Shown: one piece after another, positions 1-15,618 of the stretch | How the letters are laid out: every line of letters starts with the position of its first letter | Numbering within the stretch: the stretch's first letter is position 1 | Origin: Vibrionaceae bacterium | GTDB lineage: Bacteria; Pseudomonadota; Gammaproteobacteria; Enterobacterales; Vibrionaceae | Direction: 5' to 3' | Assembly: GCA_965224595.1 (NCBI GenBank) | Contig: OZ245058.1 | Location: 346,887 to 370,886 of the forward strand | Length of the DNA stretch: 24,000 nucleotides | Made by a program: the position numbers and the translations under genes | Notes under the pieces: model-generated | Seen by the model: only the letters and a program-made list of their open reading frames with translations | Told to the model about the DNA's origin: nothing | Database searches by the model: none

Positions 1-2
1 CA

Positions 3-1121
3 GAAAAAGCAAAAATTGAACTCTCTTCTACGCAGCAAACAGATGTGAATCTTCCATACATCACTGCTGATGCAACCGGTCCTAAACACATGAACATCAA
101 AGTGACTCGCGCTAAGCTTGAGTCTCTTGTTGAAGATTTAGTAGAACGCACACTAAAACCTTTAGCTGTCGCACTGGCTGATTCTGATCTCTCTGTTGGG
201 GATATCACTGATGTTATCGTTGTTGGTGGCCAGACACGTATGCCTTTAGTTCAAGCTAAAGTTGAAGCGTTCTTCGGCAAAGCACCACGTAAAGACGTTA
301 ACCCTGATGAAGCAGTAGCAATGGGTGCTGCAGTTCAAGGTGGTGTACTTGCGGGCGACGTAACTGACGTTCTTCTTCTTGACGTAACTCCTTTGTCTCT
401 AGGTATTGAGACGATGGGTGGCGTGATGACTAAACTTGTTGAGAAAAACACAACGATTCCTACTAAAGCGAATCAAGTATTCTCAACAGCTGAAGATAAC
501 CAAAGTGCGGTAACGATTCACGTACTTCAAGGTGAGCGTAAGCAAGCATCTTTCAATAAGTCTCTTGGTCAATTCAACCTTGAAGGCATCCAAGCAGCGC
601 CACGCGGCATGGCTCAAATTGATGTTACTTTCGACCTTGATGCGGATGGTATCCTTCACGTTTCAGCGAAAGACAAAACAACAGGTAAAGAGCAGAAGAT
701 TACTATCCAAGCTTCTGGCGGCCTAAGCGATGCGGACATCGAGAAGATGGTTCAAGAAGCTGAAGCAAACAAAGAAGCAGACGCTAAATTTGAAGAGCTA
801 GTGATGGCTCGTAATCAAGCTGACCAAATGATCCACGGTACTCAAAAGCAAATTGAAGAAGCGGGTGACGCACTTCCAGCTGAAGAGAAAACAGCGATTG
901 AAGCCGCTATTACTGAGCTTGAAGAAGCGAAGAAAGGCAATGATAAAGAAGCCATTGATGCGAAAGTTCAAGCGCTTGTTACCGCGGCTCAAAAACTGAT
1001 GGAAATGGCACAGCAAAAAGCTCAAGCAGAGCAAAGTGCTGACGCTGGTGAAGAATCAAAGCAAGACGACGATGTTGTTGATGCTGAGTTTGAAGAAGTG
1101 AAAGACGAAGAGAAAAAATAA
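3..1121 (+). CDS. dnaK: Chaperone DnaK (Hsp70), 3' part; 5' end outside window. Frame is open from base 3, upstream of the GTG at 45 used in the ORF track
   Basis: Hsp70 signature [14 protein letters not shown], substrate-binding domain [30 protein letters not shown]-terminal [18 protein letters not shown]; followed by dnaJ. Confidence 0.98.
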   Translation, partial: EKAKIELSSTQQTDVNLPYITADATGPKHMNIKVTRAKLESLVEDLVERTLKPLAVALADSDLSVGDITDVIVVGGQTRMPLVQAKVEAFFGKAPRKDVNPDEAVAMGAAVQGGVLAGDVTDVLLLDVTPLSLGIETMGGVMTKLVEKNTTIPTKANQVFSTAEDNQSAVTIHVLQGERKQASFNKSLGQFNLEGIQAAPRGMAQIDVTFDLDADGILHVSAKDKTTGKEQKITIQASGGLSDADIEKMVQEAEANKEADAKFEELVMARNQADQMIHGTQKQIEEAGDALPAEEKTAIEAAITELEEAKKGNDKEAIDAKVQALVTAAQKLMEMAQQKAQAEQSADAGEESKQDDDVVDAEFEEVKDEEKK

Positions 1122-1149
1122 GACCGTAAGTTCTTAATTTTCTTTTGGT

Positions 1150-1179
1150 ACGGGCGTTAAGGGAGACCTTTACGCCCGT
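1150..1179 (+). promoter_or_regulatory. Stable hairpin in the dnaK-dnaJ intergenic region (no following T tract, so more likely attenuation/processing than a full terminator)
   Basis: ACGGGCGTTAAGG - GAGA - CCTTTACGCCCGT: 13-bp stem with one T:T mismatch, 4-nt loop. Confidence 0.6.
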
Positions 1180-1284
1180 GCTTGTATCTTAAAGTAACGA
1201 TAAGCAATCCAGATAATTGCTTGAAATTATTATTAATTTTCGATCCATCATCTGGATTGATATGAAGACTAGGTGTTTGTCATT

Positions 1285-2418
1285 ATGTCTAAACGTGATT
1301 ATTACGAAGTACTTGGTATTAGCCGTGATACTTCTGAGCGTGATATTAAAAAGGCGTATAAGCGTCTAGCGATGAAGCTTCACCCCGATCGTAATCAGGG
1401 CAATGAAGAGTCAGCTGAAAAATTCAAAGAAGTTAAAGAAGCGTACGAGATCTTAACCGATGGACAAAAGCGCGCCGCTTACGATCAGCACGGACATGCA
1501 GCCTTCGAACAAGGTAGTATGGGCGGCGGCGGTGGTCAAGGCGATTTCGGTGACATTTTTGGTGATGTTTTCGGTGACATTTTTGGCGGTGGTCGTCGTG
1601 GTGGTGGTCAACAACGCGCGCAACGTGGATCTGATTTACGTTACAACATGGAGCTTAACTTAGAAGAAGCGGTTCGTGGCTGTGAAAAAGCGATAGAAGT
1701 TCCTACTTTGGTTGGTTGTGATATTTGTCATGGCTCGGGTGCTAAGAAAGGCACTTCAGCTCAAACTTGTGGTACTTGTCATGGTCAAGGCCAAGTACAG
1801 ATGCGTCAAGGTTTCTTCGCTGTTCAGCAAGCGTGTCCAACGTGTCATGGTCGCGGCAAGATCATCAAAGAGCCGTGTGGCAGTTGTCATGGACAAGGAC
1901 GTAAGAACAAGACTAAGACATTGAATGTAAAAATCCCTTCTGGTGTCGATACTGGCGATCGCATTCGTCTATCAGGTGAAGGCGAAGCCGGAGAGTTTGG
2001 TGCTCCATCCGGTGATTTGTATGTTCAAGTACATGTTCGTGATCATAAGATATTTGAACGCGATGGCAATAACCTTTATTGCGAAGTTCCCGTCAGTTTT
2101 ACCATGTCTGCATTAGGTGGTGAAGTTGAAGTTCCAACACTTGATGGCCGAGTAAGCTTGAAAGTTCCGGCAGAAACGCAAACCGGTCGTATGTTCCGCA
2201 TGCGTGGTAAAGGCGTTAAATCTGTGCGTGGTGGTGGCGTTGGTGATTTGATCTGCAAATTAGTGGTTGAAACTCCGGTTAAGTTAAGTTCGCGTCAAAA
2301 AGATCTGTTGAAAGAGTTTGAAGATACTTGCGCGGGCAAACATGCTGAGAAGCATAAACCAAAAGCGGATGGTTTCTTTAAAGGGGTTAAGAACTTCTTT
2401 GATGATCTAACCAGCTAA
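1285..2418 (+). CDS. dnaJ: Chaperone DnaJ (Hsp40); likely start is ATG 1285 rather than the GTG at 1273
   Basis: [15 protein letters not shown]-domain with HPD, G-rich linker, four CxxCxGxG zinc repeats, C-terminal domain. Confidence 0.98.
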   Translation: MSKRDYYEVLGISRDTSERDIKKAYKRLAMKLHPDRNQGNEESAEKFKEVKEAYEILTDGQKRAAYDQHGHAAFEQGSMGGGGGQGDFGDIFGDVFGDIFGGGRRGGGQQRAQRGSDLRYNMELNLEEAVRGCEKAIEVPTLVGCDICHGSGAKKGTSAQTCGTCHGQGQVQMRQGFFAVQQACPTCHGRGKIIKEPCGSCHGQGRKNKTKTLNVKIPSGVDTGDRIRLSGEGEAGEFGAPSGDLYVQVHVRDHKIFERDGNNLYCEVPVSFTMSALGGEVEVPTLDGRVSLKVPAETQTGRMFRMRGKGVKSVRGGGVGDLICKLVVETPVKLSSRQKDLLKEFEDTCAGKHAEKHKPKADGFFKGVKNFFDDLTS

Positions 2419-2444
2419 ATCGAGAATTTTCGATAATTGAACAG

Positions 2445-2478
2445 AAAAGCAAAGGCAGCGATGTCTTTGCTTTTTTTT
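2445..2478 (+). terminator. Intrinsic terminator after dnaJ, between convergent dnaJ and pilE-like gene
   Basis: AAAAGCAAAG ... CTTTGCTTTT 10-bp stem followed by continued T run (TTTTTTTT). Confidence 0.8.
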
Positions 2479-2479
2479 G

Positions 2480-2917
2480 CTACCAACAACCGTCCACACT
2501 TTCACCGCCTTGATACGCTTGGCGAACGCCTGCGGCATTAATCGATAACACGCCGCATTGATCCACATTCTGAGTTGAGCCAGCCTGTGGGGTGGCAATC
2601 AAGCGATAGCGGTTCACTCCTGATCCCATCGAGTAACTGATTCGATAACGTTCAATGTCGGACTCACAGATGCTGCAACTGTGGTCTGCAATCAACGAGA
2701 GATCATAACTGCCACTGTAATTCATCTCTAGCTGCATTTGAATAGCCATTAAATCACTCATCGCTTGAACACGATGGGCTTTTAAAATATGGCGCTGCAG
2801 TGATGGATAAGCAATAGAAGAGAGTAACCCTACTACAATCATCACGACTAACAATTCGATCAATGTCACTCCACGACAACTTTGAATGTCACTGTTTAAG
2901 CGGCTTTTATGAATCAT
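2480..2917 (-). CDS. pilE: Type IV minor pilin, PilE-like
   Basis: Class III leader MIHKSRLNSDIQSCRG|VTLIELLVVMIVVGLLSSIAYPSLQRH; C-terminal Cys pair; next to dnaJ and other minor pilins. Confidence 0.85.
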   Translation of the reverse strand: MIHKSRLNSDIQSCRGVTLIELLVVMIVVGLLSSIAYPSLQRHILKAHRVQAMSDLMAIQMQLEMNYSGSYDLSLIADHSCSICESDIERYRISYSMGSGVNRYRLIATPQAGSTQNVDQCGVLSINAAGVRQAYQGGESVDGCW

Positions 2918-3018
2918 GCTGGTGCTCCTGATGTTTTATCACTGATCTTTTTAGTCGGTGCTGGTTTCTTTATCCATTTTCTACAAAAATCAGACTCTCT
3001 AATAAAGGGAAATGGGAA

Positions 3019-3561
3019 ATGGTTCGCGGATTTAGCTTAATAGAGTTACTGGTTGCGGTCGTAATTGTAGGGGTGATAGCAAATGCCTCGATACCGCTGT
3101 TTGGCCAGACGATTCACCGTAATAGAACAAAAGGTTTGGTTACGGAATTAGAGTGGTTTTTAATTGCAGCCAAATCTGAAGCCATTGCTCGTAATCAGAT
3201 TTTAACGGTTCACTACGTTAGAAATGATGAAAACTACACTCACTATCAACCAGATGGAGAGTGGGTGATTGTATTGGTGACCCAACAGAGCTCAGAGGAG
3301 GTCATTGACATTGCATCTGCTCAATCAAACGCCATCACGTTGCTTAAGGGCGAAAAATTCAAAGGGATCGATTTTAAAATAGGGCACATGAGTTTTCAGC
3401 AATTTGATATTGAGCCGATTCGTGGGTCAAGCAATCGTTCAGGAAGTTATTGGATTCAAGACAGTAGTGAGCAACAAGTAAAGGTGATGATGAACTTAGG
3501 CACTGGGCGAATTCGCAGCTGTGGTTATTCGGGGAGTTATCTTGGCTATCGTCGCTGTTAA
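3019..3561 (+). CDS. fimT: GspH/FimT family minor pilin
   Basis: MVRG|FSLIELLVAVVIVGVIANASIPLF prepilin motif; C-terminal GTGRIRSCGYSGSYLGYRRC. Confidence 0.85.
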   Translation: MVRGFSLIELLVAVVIVGVIANASIPLFGQTIHRNRTKGLVTELEWFLIAAKSEAIARNQILTVHYVRNDENYTHYQPDGEWVIVLVTQQSSEEVIDIASAQSNAITLLKGEKFKGIDFKIGHMSFQQFDIEPIRGSSNRSGSYWIQDSSEQQVKVMMNLGTGRIRSCGYSGSYLGYRRC

Positions 3562-4186
3562 TATAACGCAGCATCAGCAGCAAGGGATGACTCTGCTTGA
3601 GGTGTTAGTCTCAGCGGCAATCACGTTAGTCACATTAGTTGGAGTGGTGTCACTCTATTTAGCGGGCACGCAGTTGGCTTTGAAGCAACACCAGCAGTTA
3701 CTGTTGGCCCACGGATTAAATGATGCGATGCAATTGATCAGTTCGGAGTTATTACGATCAGGGTATTCGTATCAATCCAGGCCATATCGGTTATCAGGTG
3801 CAGAACAGGTGATCGTTGCCGATGCTTCTGCCAGCACACCATCAATTTCAATGCTCTATCAACAGAGCGATCACCAATGGCAGGTGGCCACTTTTCGATA
3901 TAAACCGAGCATAGATGTTTTGCAGTATTGTTATAAATCGGTGGCCTTTTCTGATGATGAGGTTCCTTTTATGGAAGCCGATTGGGCGTGCAGTGCTGGC
4001 GCTGTGCGTTCATTGGTGGATCAGAGTGTAGTGAAAATTCGTGATTTTAGTTTTACTCAGACGGAGTTTGACAGGGAGGGCGGAAATTTTATTACTCTTG
4101 AACTTACGATGAAGGGCCAGTTAACGGCAGCGCCGCAATTTACTAAAACGTTGCACAACCAGCTTACCATTAGGAACTCATATTGA
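3521..4186 (+). CDS. pilW: PilW-like minor pilin; start uncertain (GTG 3521 or TTG 3542), overlapping fimT
   Basis: HQQQG|MTLLEVLVSAAITLVTLVGVVSLYLAG prepilin motif; position after fimT. Confidence 0.7.
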   Translation: MVIRGVILAIVAVNITQHQQQGMTLLEVLVSAAITLVTLVGVVSLYLAGTQLALKQHQQLLLAHGLNDAMQLISSELLRSGYSYQSRPYRLSGAEQVIVADASASTPSISMLYQQSDHQWQVATFRYKPSIDVLQYCYKSVAFSDDEVPFMEADWACSAGAVRSLVDQSVVKIRDFSFTQTEFDREGGNFITLELTMKGQLTAAPQFTKTLHNQLTIRNSY

Positions 4187-5433
4187 TGAGGTTTCGCGTG
4201 CAAGGGGCCGCAAGTTTATTGATAACCAGCCTATTACTGCTGTTGATTTTGGTGGTCACTCTGTCTAACTACAAACGTGTTTTTTATCAGATAAAAAGGG
4301 CACAAAATGAGGTGTGGGCCCAGCAGCAGTTTTGGTTGACAGAGTCGGCACTGGAGTGCGCTTTTTCCATTATCTCTATCATGAAAAAAATCCCAGATGA
4401 TCTTAAGCAGCAATGCCAAGCAGTGGGAATAGACGCTGATACACTAACAGTTAGCCAAAATCTGCCGACAACACTTACTGCCCAAACCAACAACAGCAAG
4501 CAAATCAGTAAACAATTACGCCTCTATAACGATCGATACGCTGGCATTATTCAGTCCCGTTCTGATTTGGTTTTTAATGGAGATTTCTCTTTTACCCCTG
4601 ATGCACGGCAGACCAATGAAGAGGGGGATTGGCTGTGTAAATTGGTGAGTTATCAAGCTAACTTGTGGTTAAACGGCCAACTGAGTAATCATAATTTGGA
4701 TAACTCAACACCGCCATATTCTGACTTTCCTGCCGATCAAACCTGTGCAGACACGCATTGGACACAAAGTGTTTTGCAATCCGATATTACCAATGATGAA
4801 AATTATGATCTTTTTATGGACCGCTTTGATGTGCCAAGATCGAAATGGAAGCAGCTCATGTATGGTGGTGAGTTCTACCAAATCCCGCAAGGCTTACCTG
4901 ATTTCGATAACGTTTTACCGCCCTCGACAGAGATAGTCGATTGCGGCAGTAAAATTGTGGCGGCTATTGAAGCGAACCATGATCTGATTTGGTTATATGG
5001 CAGCTGCGATTTGAAACAGAGTGAGTTGGATGTGGTCAGCATTGAGCTGGCTATTGAGGCTAACGCGACTATTGAGGGGATCATCATCGTGGTTCAAGAT
5101 GGACTTTTCTCTACCAACAGTGAGCAGAGCTTGCGGGCTTTGATATATCAGATAGTGACAGAGCCGAGTGCATTTACCCCGAGTGAAGCTCTATGGAGCG
5201 CAACGGAAGCGCATCAACTGAGTCCGGTGCCACTCGGCTTGGATCTGACACAACTGATCTTTTATCAGAGTAACCGTTTTTATGCCCAAGCGGGTTATGT
5301 CCTTGATGCACCCAACCTAACCGCACTGTTTTCTGCGGATATTAATGGGTTGTTTAAAGGGGATCTGATTGATGTACCTCTGAGTAAAATTAGAGACACT
5401 CGCTGGGTAATAGGATCATGGCGTGATTTCTAA
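4186..5433 (+). CDS. PilX-like large minor pilin/pseudopilin; ATG 4186 overlaps the pilW stop (TGATG)
   Basis: N-terminal QGAASLLITSLLLLLILVVTLSNYKR hydrophobic helix, 416 aa; located between pilW-like and pilV-like genes. Confidence 0.6.
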   Translation: MRFRVQGAASLLITSLLLLLILVVTLSNYKRVFYQIKRAQNEVWAQQQFWLTESALECAFSIISIMKKIPDDLKQQCQAVGIDADTLTVSQNLPTTLTAQTNNSKQISKQLRLYNDRYAGIIQSRSDLVFNGDFSFTPDARQTNEEGDWLCKLVSYQANLWLNGQLSNHNLDNSTPPYSDFPADQTCADTHWTQSVLQSDITNDENYDLFMDRFDVPRSKWKQLMYGGEFYQIPQGLPDFDNVLPPSTEIVDCGSKIVAAIEANHDLIWLYGSCDLKQSELDVVSIELAIEANATIEGIIIVVQDGLFSTNSEQSLRALIYQIVTEPSAFTPSEALWSATEAHQLSPVPLGLDLTQLIFYQSNRFYAQAGYVLDAPNLTALFSADINGLFKGDLIDVPLSKIRDTRWVIGSWRDF

Positions 5434-5827
5434 TCGTGGGTTTAGCTTGATAGAGGTACTCGTTGCGACAACGCTGTTCATGGTCGCGTTTACGGGCTTG
5501 GTGAAGTTGCAGATCATGATGGAAAGAAACGCTGAGTTTGCGCTAAAAAGTATTGATGCACTCTACGCGGCTAAATCTCAAATGGAGAAATTTCGAGCAC
5601 ACTCAGAGCATGGTAGTCCAACGACCTTTGAGCAGATAACGTCTCAAAGTAGTCCGATAATGCTTAACGGTATGAAGCTAACGTGGAGCGTTGAAAATCA
5701 CCTAGCAGTTGACGGTATCACGCGATTAAAAAGTGTCACGATTATCGCCGCGTGGGATAACCGATGGCAACAGAGTGAGTCGGTCTCTTTGACTGGCTCA
5801 CTCTCTCGTTACAGCGGTGATTACTGA
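5423..5827 (+). CDS. pilV: PilV-like type IV pilus minor pilin (GTG start)
   Basis: MISNRG|FSLIEVLVATTLFMVAFTGLVKLQ prepilin motif; last gene of the pilin run. Confidence 0.7.
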   Translation: MISNRGFSLIEVLVATTLFMVAFTGLVKLQIMMERNAEFALKSIDALYAAKSQMEKFRAHSEHGSPTTFEQITSQSSPIMLNGMKLTWSVENHLAVDGITRLKSVTIIAAWDNRWQQSESVSLTGSLSRYSGDY

Positions 5828-5831
5828 TTAT

Positions 5832-6986
5832 TTAACCGATTAAAGATAACAGCATACCCGCTGTTATGTAGATCCCTACCATCGCAATGATGGGTAATTT
5901 GATGCTTTTAAGCAGGTAGACTCCCACTATGACCAGCGCCATATCGATGCCATTTCCTACTGCACTTTGAAACACAGGCTGATAGAGCGCGGAGAGCAGT
6001 AGCCCGACAACCGCTGCATTTACTCCATTCATTGCGCCGGACAGTGCTGGAATTGCAGCCAGCTGTTGCCAATTTTTTAACACCACCAGTACCAGCAAGA
6101 ACCCAGGTAAAAATACGGCGAGTGTGGCGATAAGTGCGCCCCAAATCGGCGCACTTGGTAGCAGTTCATAACCGAGAAAGGTGGCAAAGGTGAACATGGG
6201 GCCAGGAACGGCTTGAGCTGTGGCATAACCCGTTAAAAAGGCATCTTGTGACAGTTGGTCACCAACAATGTTTTCCAGCAGTGGCAGCACTACGTGACCG
6301 CCACCAAAAACTAAACTGCCGGCTTGGAAGAAGTTTGAGAACAGCGCTATCTGCTCAGATAAGTGTGCCAATAAGGGAAGGCCGATGAGTAACCCAATAA
6401 AGATAAACAGTGGCGGCCAATTTATCTGCAACGACTTCTTTGCGGTATCTGCGGGTTGATGGTTATCTAACAGTTTATAACGTCCCACTAAAGCGGCGAA
6501 CAACAGGACTGCAATTTGAGTACTTATTGAGGGAGCAATTAACAGTGCCATCGCCGTGAATACGGCCAGCGCAGCCCCCACTTTTTGTTGGCAAAAGTTA
6601 TTGAACATGCCCCATGCTGCGTCGGCCACCACAATGACGGCTAATATTTTCAAACCGTGTACGGCACCTTGAAAAAAGCGGTTGTCGGTTAACACGGTAC
6701 TCAGAGCGGCAATCACCAACATCAGCATGACAGAGGGCAGAGTAAAGCCTAAAAATGCGGCGATAGCCCCTAAAACTCCGCCACGATGATAGCCGATAGA
6801 GAAACCGACTTGGCTTGAACCTGGGCCGGGTAGAAACTGACTAAGCGCGACAAACTGCCCATACTCTTTATCGCTTAACCATTGGTGTTTTTCGACAAAC
6901 GTGTGTCTAAAATAGCCGATATGGGCAGCGGGACCGCCAAAACTGACCCAACCGAGCATAAAGAACTTAACAAAAATATCGAGCAT
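5832..6986 (-). CDS. chrA: Chromate transporter family protein (CHR/ChrA, two-domain form); likely start ATG at 6986, the ORF track extension to 7178 overlaps the lysR gene
   Basis: MLDIFVKFFMLGWVSFGGPAAHIGYFR, FLPGPGSSQVGFSIGY, second-domain VFGGGHVVLPLLE and QAVPGPMFTFATFLGY motifs. Confidence 0.85.
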   Translation of the reverse strand: MLDIFVKFFMLGWVSFGGPAAHIGYFRHTFVEKHQWLSDKEYGQFVALSQFLPGPGSSQVGFSIGYHRGGVLGAIAAFLGFTLPSVMLMLVIAALSTVLTDNRFFQGAVHGLKILAVIVVADAAWGMFNNFCQQKVGAALAVFTAMALLIAPSISTQIAVLLFAALVGRYKLLDNHQPADTAKKSLQINWPPLFIFIGLLIGLPLLAHLSEQIALFSNFFQAGSLVFGGGHVVLPLLENIVGDQLSQDAFLTGYATAQAVPGPMFTFATFLGYELLPSAPIWGALIATLAVFLPGFLLVLVVLKNWQQLAAIPALSGAMNGVNAAVVGLLLSALYQPVFQSAVGNGIDMALVIVGVYLLKSIKLPIIAMVGIYITAGMLLSLIG

Positions 6987-7083
6987 CTGAGTAACCCTTA
7001 ATAAAAAACGGATGAAAATATCTACTGCACTGAAGATAATAAAAAAGATACAATGATTCAAATTGATTGTTTTGGTTGTGGTT

Positions 7084-8016
7084 ATGAATAAAATTAATTG
7101 GCGTGCGGTGGATCTCAATTTACTGGTGGTTTTTGACACCTTGATGACACAACGAAGTGTCTCTAAAGCGGCGGACAAACTCTCTGTTGGTCAGTCGGCG
7201 ATGAGCCACAGTTTGTCGAGATTGAGAGTGCTGCTCGGTGATCCCCTGTTTGAGCGGCAGGGTCAGCTGATGATGCCCAGTAAAAAGGCACTAGAGTTGG
7301 CACCCGTCATCACTCATATCCTCACACAGATCTCTGAGCAGGTTCTGCACTCTGCTGGTTTTGAGCCTAATGAGTACCAAGGGAAGTTAAAGATTGGTCT
7401 GACTGATTATGCAGAGCTGCTGTTTGCTCCTGCGCTGTTTGATGCGATTTTGCAACAAGCTCCTTTGAGCCAGATCTGTTTTTATAATGTGGATCGAAGC
7501 CGTTATCAACAGGCATTTATCGATTATCAACTCGACTTTATGATTGGTAGCATTGGGGAGACAACCAGCCACTTTCAACGCTCGCACCTCTATACTGAGC
7601 AGCATGTCTGCCTGTTTGATCCGGTTTCAACGGGGATTAATGTGCCTATCTCGATGAGTGATTACTTGTCGGTTCCCCATGCATTAGCCAGTCCAAACGG
7701 ACAGTTGACCAGTAGTGTCGACAGTCAGCTGGCGGAGCTGGACAAACAGCGAACGGTGAGTATCACATCACGTAATTTTTTAACCCTACGTCACTTGATA
7801 CGAGGTCGAAAGTTATTGTGCGTGGTGCCTGAATTGATGGCTAAACTGGACCTCTTCACACATGATCTCGCGTGCGATAAAGCGCCAGTAGAGGTGCCCG
7901 ATTTTGATATTGATATGCTGTGGGAGAAAAGAGATGATCAACATGTCAGAAGTCTTTGGTTGCGAGGGGTAGCGAGTGAAGCAATATTAAATGAGGTTAG
8001 CCGCTTAAAAGAGTGA
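7084..8016 (+). CDS. LysR family transcriptional regulator, divergent from chrA
   Basis: N-terminal HTH DLNLLVVFDTLMTQRSVSKAADKLSVGQSAMSHSLSRLRVLLGDPLFERQG. Confidence 0.9.
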   Translation: MNKINWRAVDLNLLVVFDTLMTQRSVSKAADKLSVGQSAMSHSLSRLRVLLGDPLFERQGQLMMPSKKALELAPVITHILTQISEQVLHSAGFEPNEYQGKLKIGLTDYAELLFAPALFDAILQQAPLSQICFYNVDRSRYQQAFIDYQLDFMIGSIGETTSHFQRSHLYTEQHVCLFDPVSTGINVPISMSDYLSVPHALASPNGQLTSSVDSQLAELDKQRTVSITSRNFLTLRHLIRGRKLLCVVPELMAKLDLFTHDLACDKAPVEVPDFDIDMLWEKRDDQHVRSLWLRGVASEAILNEVSRLKE

Positions 8017-8028
8017 GGGTGTAGATAA

Positions 8029-8059
8029 CAGACAACCATCAATTTCTGATGGCTGTCTG
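8029..8059. terminator. Hairpin between convergent lysR-family gene and ygjI-like gene; terminator-like but no strong T tract
   Basis: CAGACAACCATCA - ATTTC - TGATGGCTGTCTG, 12 of 13 bp paired. Confidence 0.45.
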
Positions 8060-8068
8060 CTGAGTGGG

Positions 8069-13099
<5,031 letters not shown>

Positions 13100-13115
13100 G
13101 TGTAAACGTTTTCCT
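13100..13115. promoter_or_regulatory. Candidate GalR-type operator upstream of ebgA
   Basis: GTGTAAACGTTTTCCT, 13/16 to palindromic GTGTAAACGTTTACAC. Confidence 0.5.
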
Positions 13116-13144
13116 TTAAGTGGATCACGTTTCGCTTTCAATTA

Positions 13145-13160
13145 TGTGATCTAGGTTAAA
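13145..13160. promoter_or_regulatory. Candidate CRP site upstream of ebgA
   Basis: TGTGA-TCTAGG-TTAAA, 8/10 to TGTGA-N6-TCACA. Confidence 0.35.
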
Positions 13161-13170
13161 AAATAGGCAT

Positions 13171-13201
13171 AAAAAAAGAGCAAGTCGGTAGACTTGCTCT
13201 T
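13171..13201 (-). terminator. Intrinsic terminator after ebgR
   Basis: On the minus strand AAGAGCAAGTC-TACC-GACTTGCTCTT perfect 11-bp stem followed by TTTTT. Confidence 0.85.
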
Positions 13202-13225
13202 AGTGATTTTGATTTTTCTGGTCAG

Positions 13226-14254
<1,029 letters not shown>

Positions 14255-14291
14255 TTATAGTAGTGTAAACAGCACTGAAATAGGAGGAAAA

Positions 14292-14303
14292 TTTAGTAAA
14301 ACT
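14292..14303. promoter_or_regulatory. Candidate EbgR half-operator in the ebgR-galT intergenic region
   Basis: TTTAGTAAAACT, same core as one arm plus centre of the 13063-13099 palindrome. Confidence 0.4.
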
Positions 14304-14402
14304 ACTTATTTATCACTAACTTTAATGAAATAAATGCCGTTGTTATACACTCTATGAATAAATTACTGTTTTAATCTGCCTGTTGCATCGAAATATGCTC
14401 TT

Positions 14403-14418
14403 GTGTAAACGTTTACAT
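14403..14418. promoter_or_regulatory. GalR/LacI-type operator upstream of galT
   Basis: GTGTAAACGTTTACAT, perfect 14-bp palindrome TGTAAACGTTTACA. Confidence 0.7.
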
Positions 14419-14421
14419 GGT

Positions 14422-14437
14422 TGGGATTTGGATCACG
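14422..14437. promoter_or_regulatory. Candidate CRP site upstream of galT
   Basis: TGGGA-TTTGGA-TCACG, 8/10 to TGTGA-N6-TCACA, directly next to the GalR-type operator. Confidence 0.4.
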
Positions 14438-14503
14438 GTTAGCTTGATTGTTGGTTGATAAACTCGTGGTATATTTTCTACTCTCTGATAAAAAGAGTTC
14501 ATT

Positions 14504-15598
14504 ATGTCTAGTGTTGTTTCAAGTAGCGGTAAATTTAATTCCACCGATCATCCACATCGCCGATATAACCCATTAACAGGGCAGTGGGTATTGGTATCTC
14601 CACATCGGGCAAAACGCCCATGGCAGGGGCAGGATGAAAAACCGTCATTGATGCCTAGTGAACGTTATGATCCTGATTGTTTTTTATGTGCCAATAATCA
14701 ACGTATTTCCGGTGATAAAAACCCAGATTATCAAGGTACCTTTGTTTTCACTAATGATTTTGCTGCGTTAACCACAGACACGCCAGATGCACCTGAGTCA
14801 GACAATCCTCTTTTTCGTAGCCAAAGTGCACGCGGTTTGAGTCGAGTCATCTGCTTCTCTCCCGATCACAGTAAGACACTGCCTGAGTTGCCACAAAAAA
14901 GCATATTAGCGCTGGTTGATACCTGGGAACAGCAAATATCAGAGTTGGGTAAAGAGTATCTTTGGGTACAAGCTTTTGAAAACAAAGGCGCAGTGATGGG
15001 GTGTTCGCAGCCTCATCCACATGGGCAGGTGTGGGCGAATAACTTCTTACCCAATGAGATAGAGCGAAAAGATAAACAGTTGCGCGATTACCAGCAACAA
15101 CACGGTCGTAATCTTTTGTTTGATTATGTACAGAGTGAAGAGAAAGATGGCTCTCGAACGGTGGTGGATACAGAGCACTGGCTGGCTGTCGTGCCTTACT
15201 GGGCTGCCTGGCCTTTTGAAACCATGCTAATGCCAAAAGCGCATATTCGTCGCATGAGCGAATTAAGTGAAGAGCAGAGAGTGGATTTGGCACTGGCGCT
15301 GAAGAAACTGACCAGTCGATATGACAATCTATTTCAGTGCTCATTTCCTTACTCGATGGGCTGGCACTATGCTCCTTTTTTTGAACACGCTTTAGATTCA
15401 TCGCAGGATACTGACATTGATCATTGGCAGTTGCATGCCCTTTTTTATCCACCACTTTTGCGCTCAGCAACGGTACGAAAATTCATGGTTGGATATGAGA
15501 TGCTGGCGGAGAGCCAAAGGGATCTTACTCCTGAACAAGCCGCAGAAAAACTTCGAGCAGTAAGCGATGTTCACTATTTAGATAATGGCCATTTATAA
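14504..15598 (+). CDS. galT: Galactose-1-phosphate uridylyltransferase
   Basis: [48 protein letters not shown] catalytic [15 protein letters not shown]. Confidence 0.97.
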   Translation: MSSVVSSSGKFNSTDHPHRRYNPLTGQWVLVSPHRAKRPWQGQDEKPSLMPSERYDPDCFLCANNQRISGDKNPDYQGTFVFTNDFAALTTDTPDAPESDNPLFRSQSARGLSRVICFSPDHSKTLPELPQKSILALVDTWEQQISELGKEYLWVQAFENKGAVMGCSQPHPHGQVWANNFLPNEIERKDKQLRDYQQQHGRNLLFDYVQSEEKDGSRTVVDTEHWLAVVPYWAAWPFETMLMPKAHIRRMSELSEEQRVDLALALKKLTSRYDNLFQCSFPYSMGWHYAPFFEHALDSSQDTDIDHWQLHALFYPPLLRSATVRKFMVGYEMLAESQRDLTPEQAAEKLRAVSDVHYLDNGHL

Positions 15599-15618
15599 GC
15601 CCTAATGTGAGAGATATT

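Noticed and set aside
798-1034. Short ORFs overlapping dnaK, dnaJ, ebgA, galK, dapD and other genes on alternate frames (for example 532-726, 798-1034, 1460-1663, 2076-2258, 12630-12902, 21905-22216)
   Set aside because: All are 60-100 aa, fully overlapped by strong conserved genes, and show no independent coding signature.
1509-1623. Gly-rich, GGTGG-type repetitive sequence in dnaJ
   Set aside because: This encodes the standard DnaJ G/F-rich linker and is not a functional DNA repeat.
2407-2598. 63-aa minus-strand ORF over the dnaJ terminator and pilE end
   Set aside because: It covers an intrinsic terminator and the pilE coding sequence in another frame; likely spurious.
6987-7178. N-terminal extension of the chrA ORF
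   Set aside because: The extension would overlap the divergent lysR gene start and lacks transporter character. The chrA homology begins at MLDIFVKFFMLGW (6986).
5832-8016. chrA plus LysR considered as part of a defence or resistance island
   Set aside because: No integrase, flanking repeats or tRNA are present and the surrounding genes are housekeeping or metabolic; this is a common divergent transporter/regulator pair.
14847-15470. 207-aa ORF antisense to galT
   Set aside because: It lies wholly inside the confidently assigned galT coding region, has low-complexity composition without any domain I recognise, and is best explained as a codon-bias shadow ORF.
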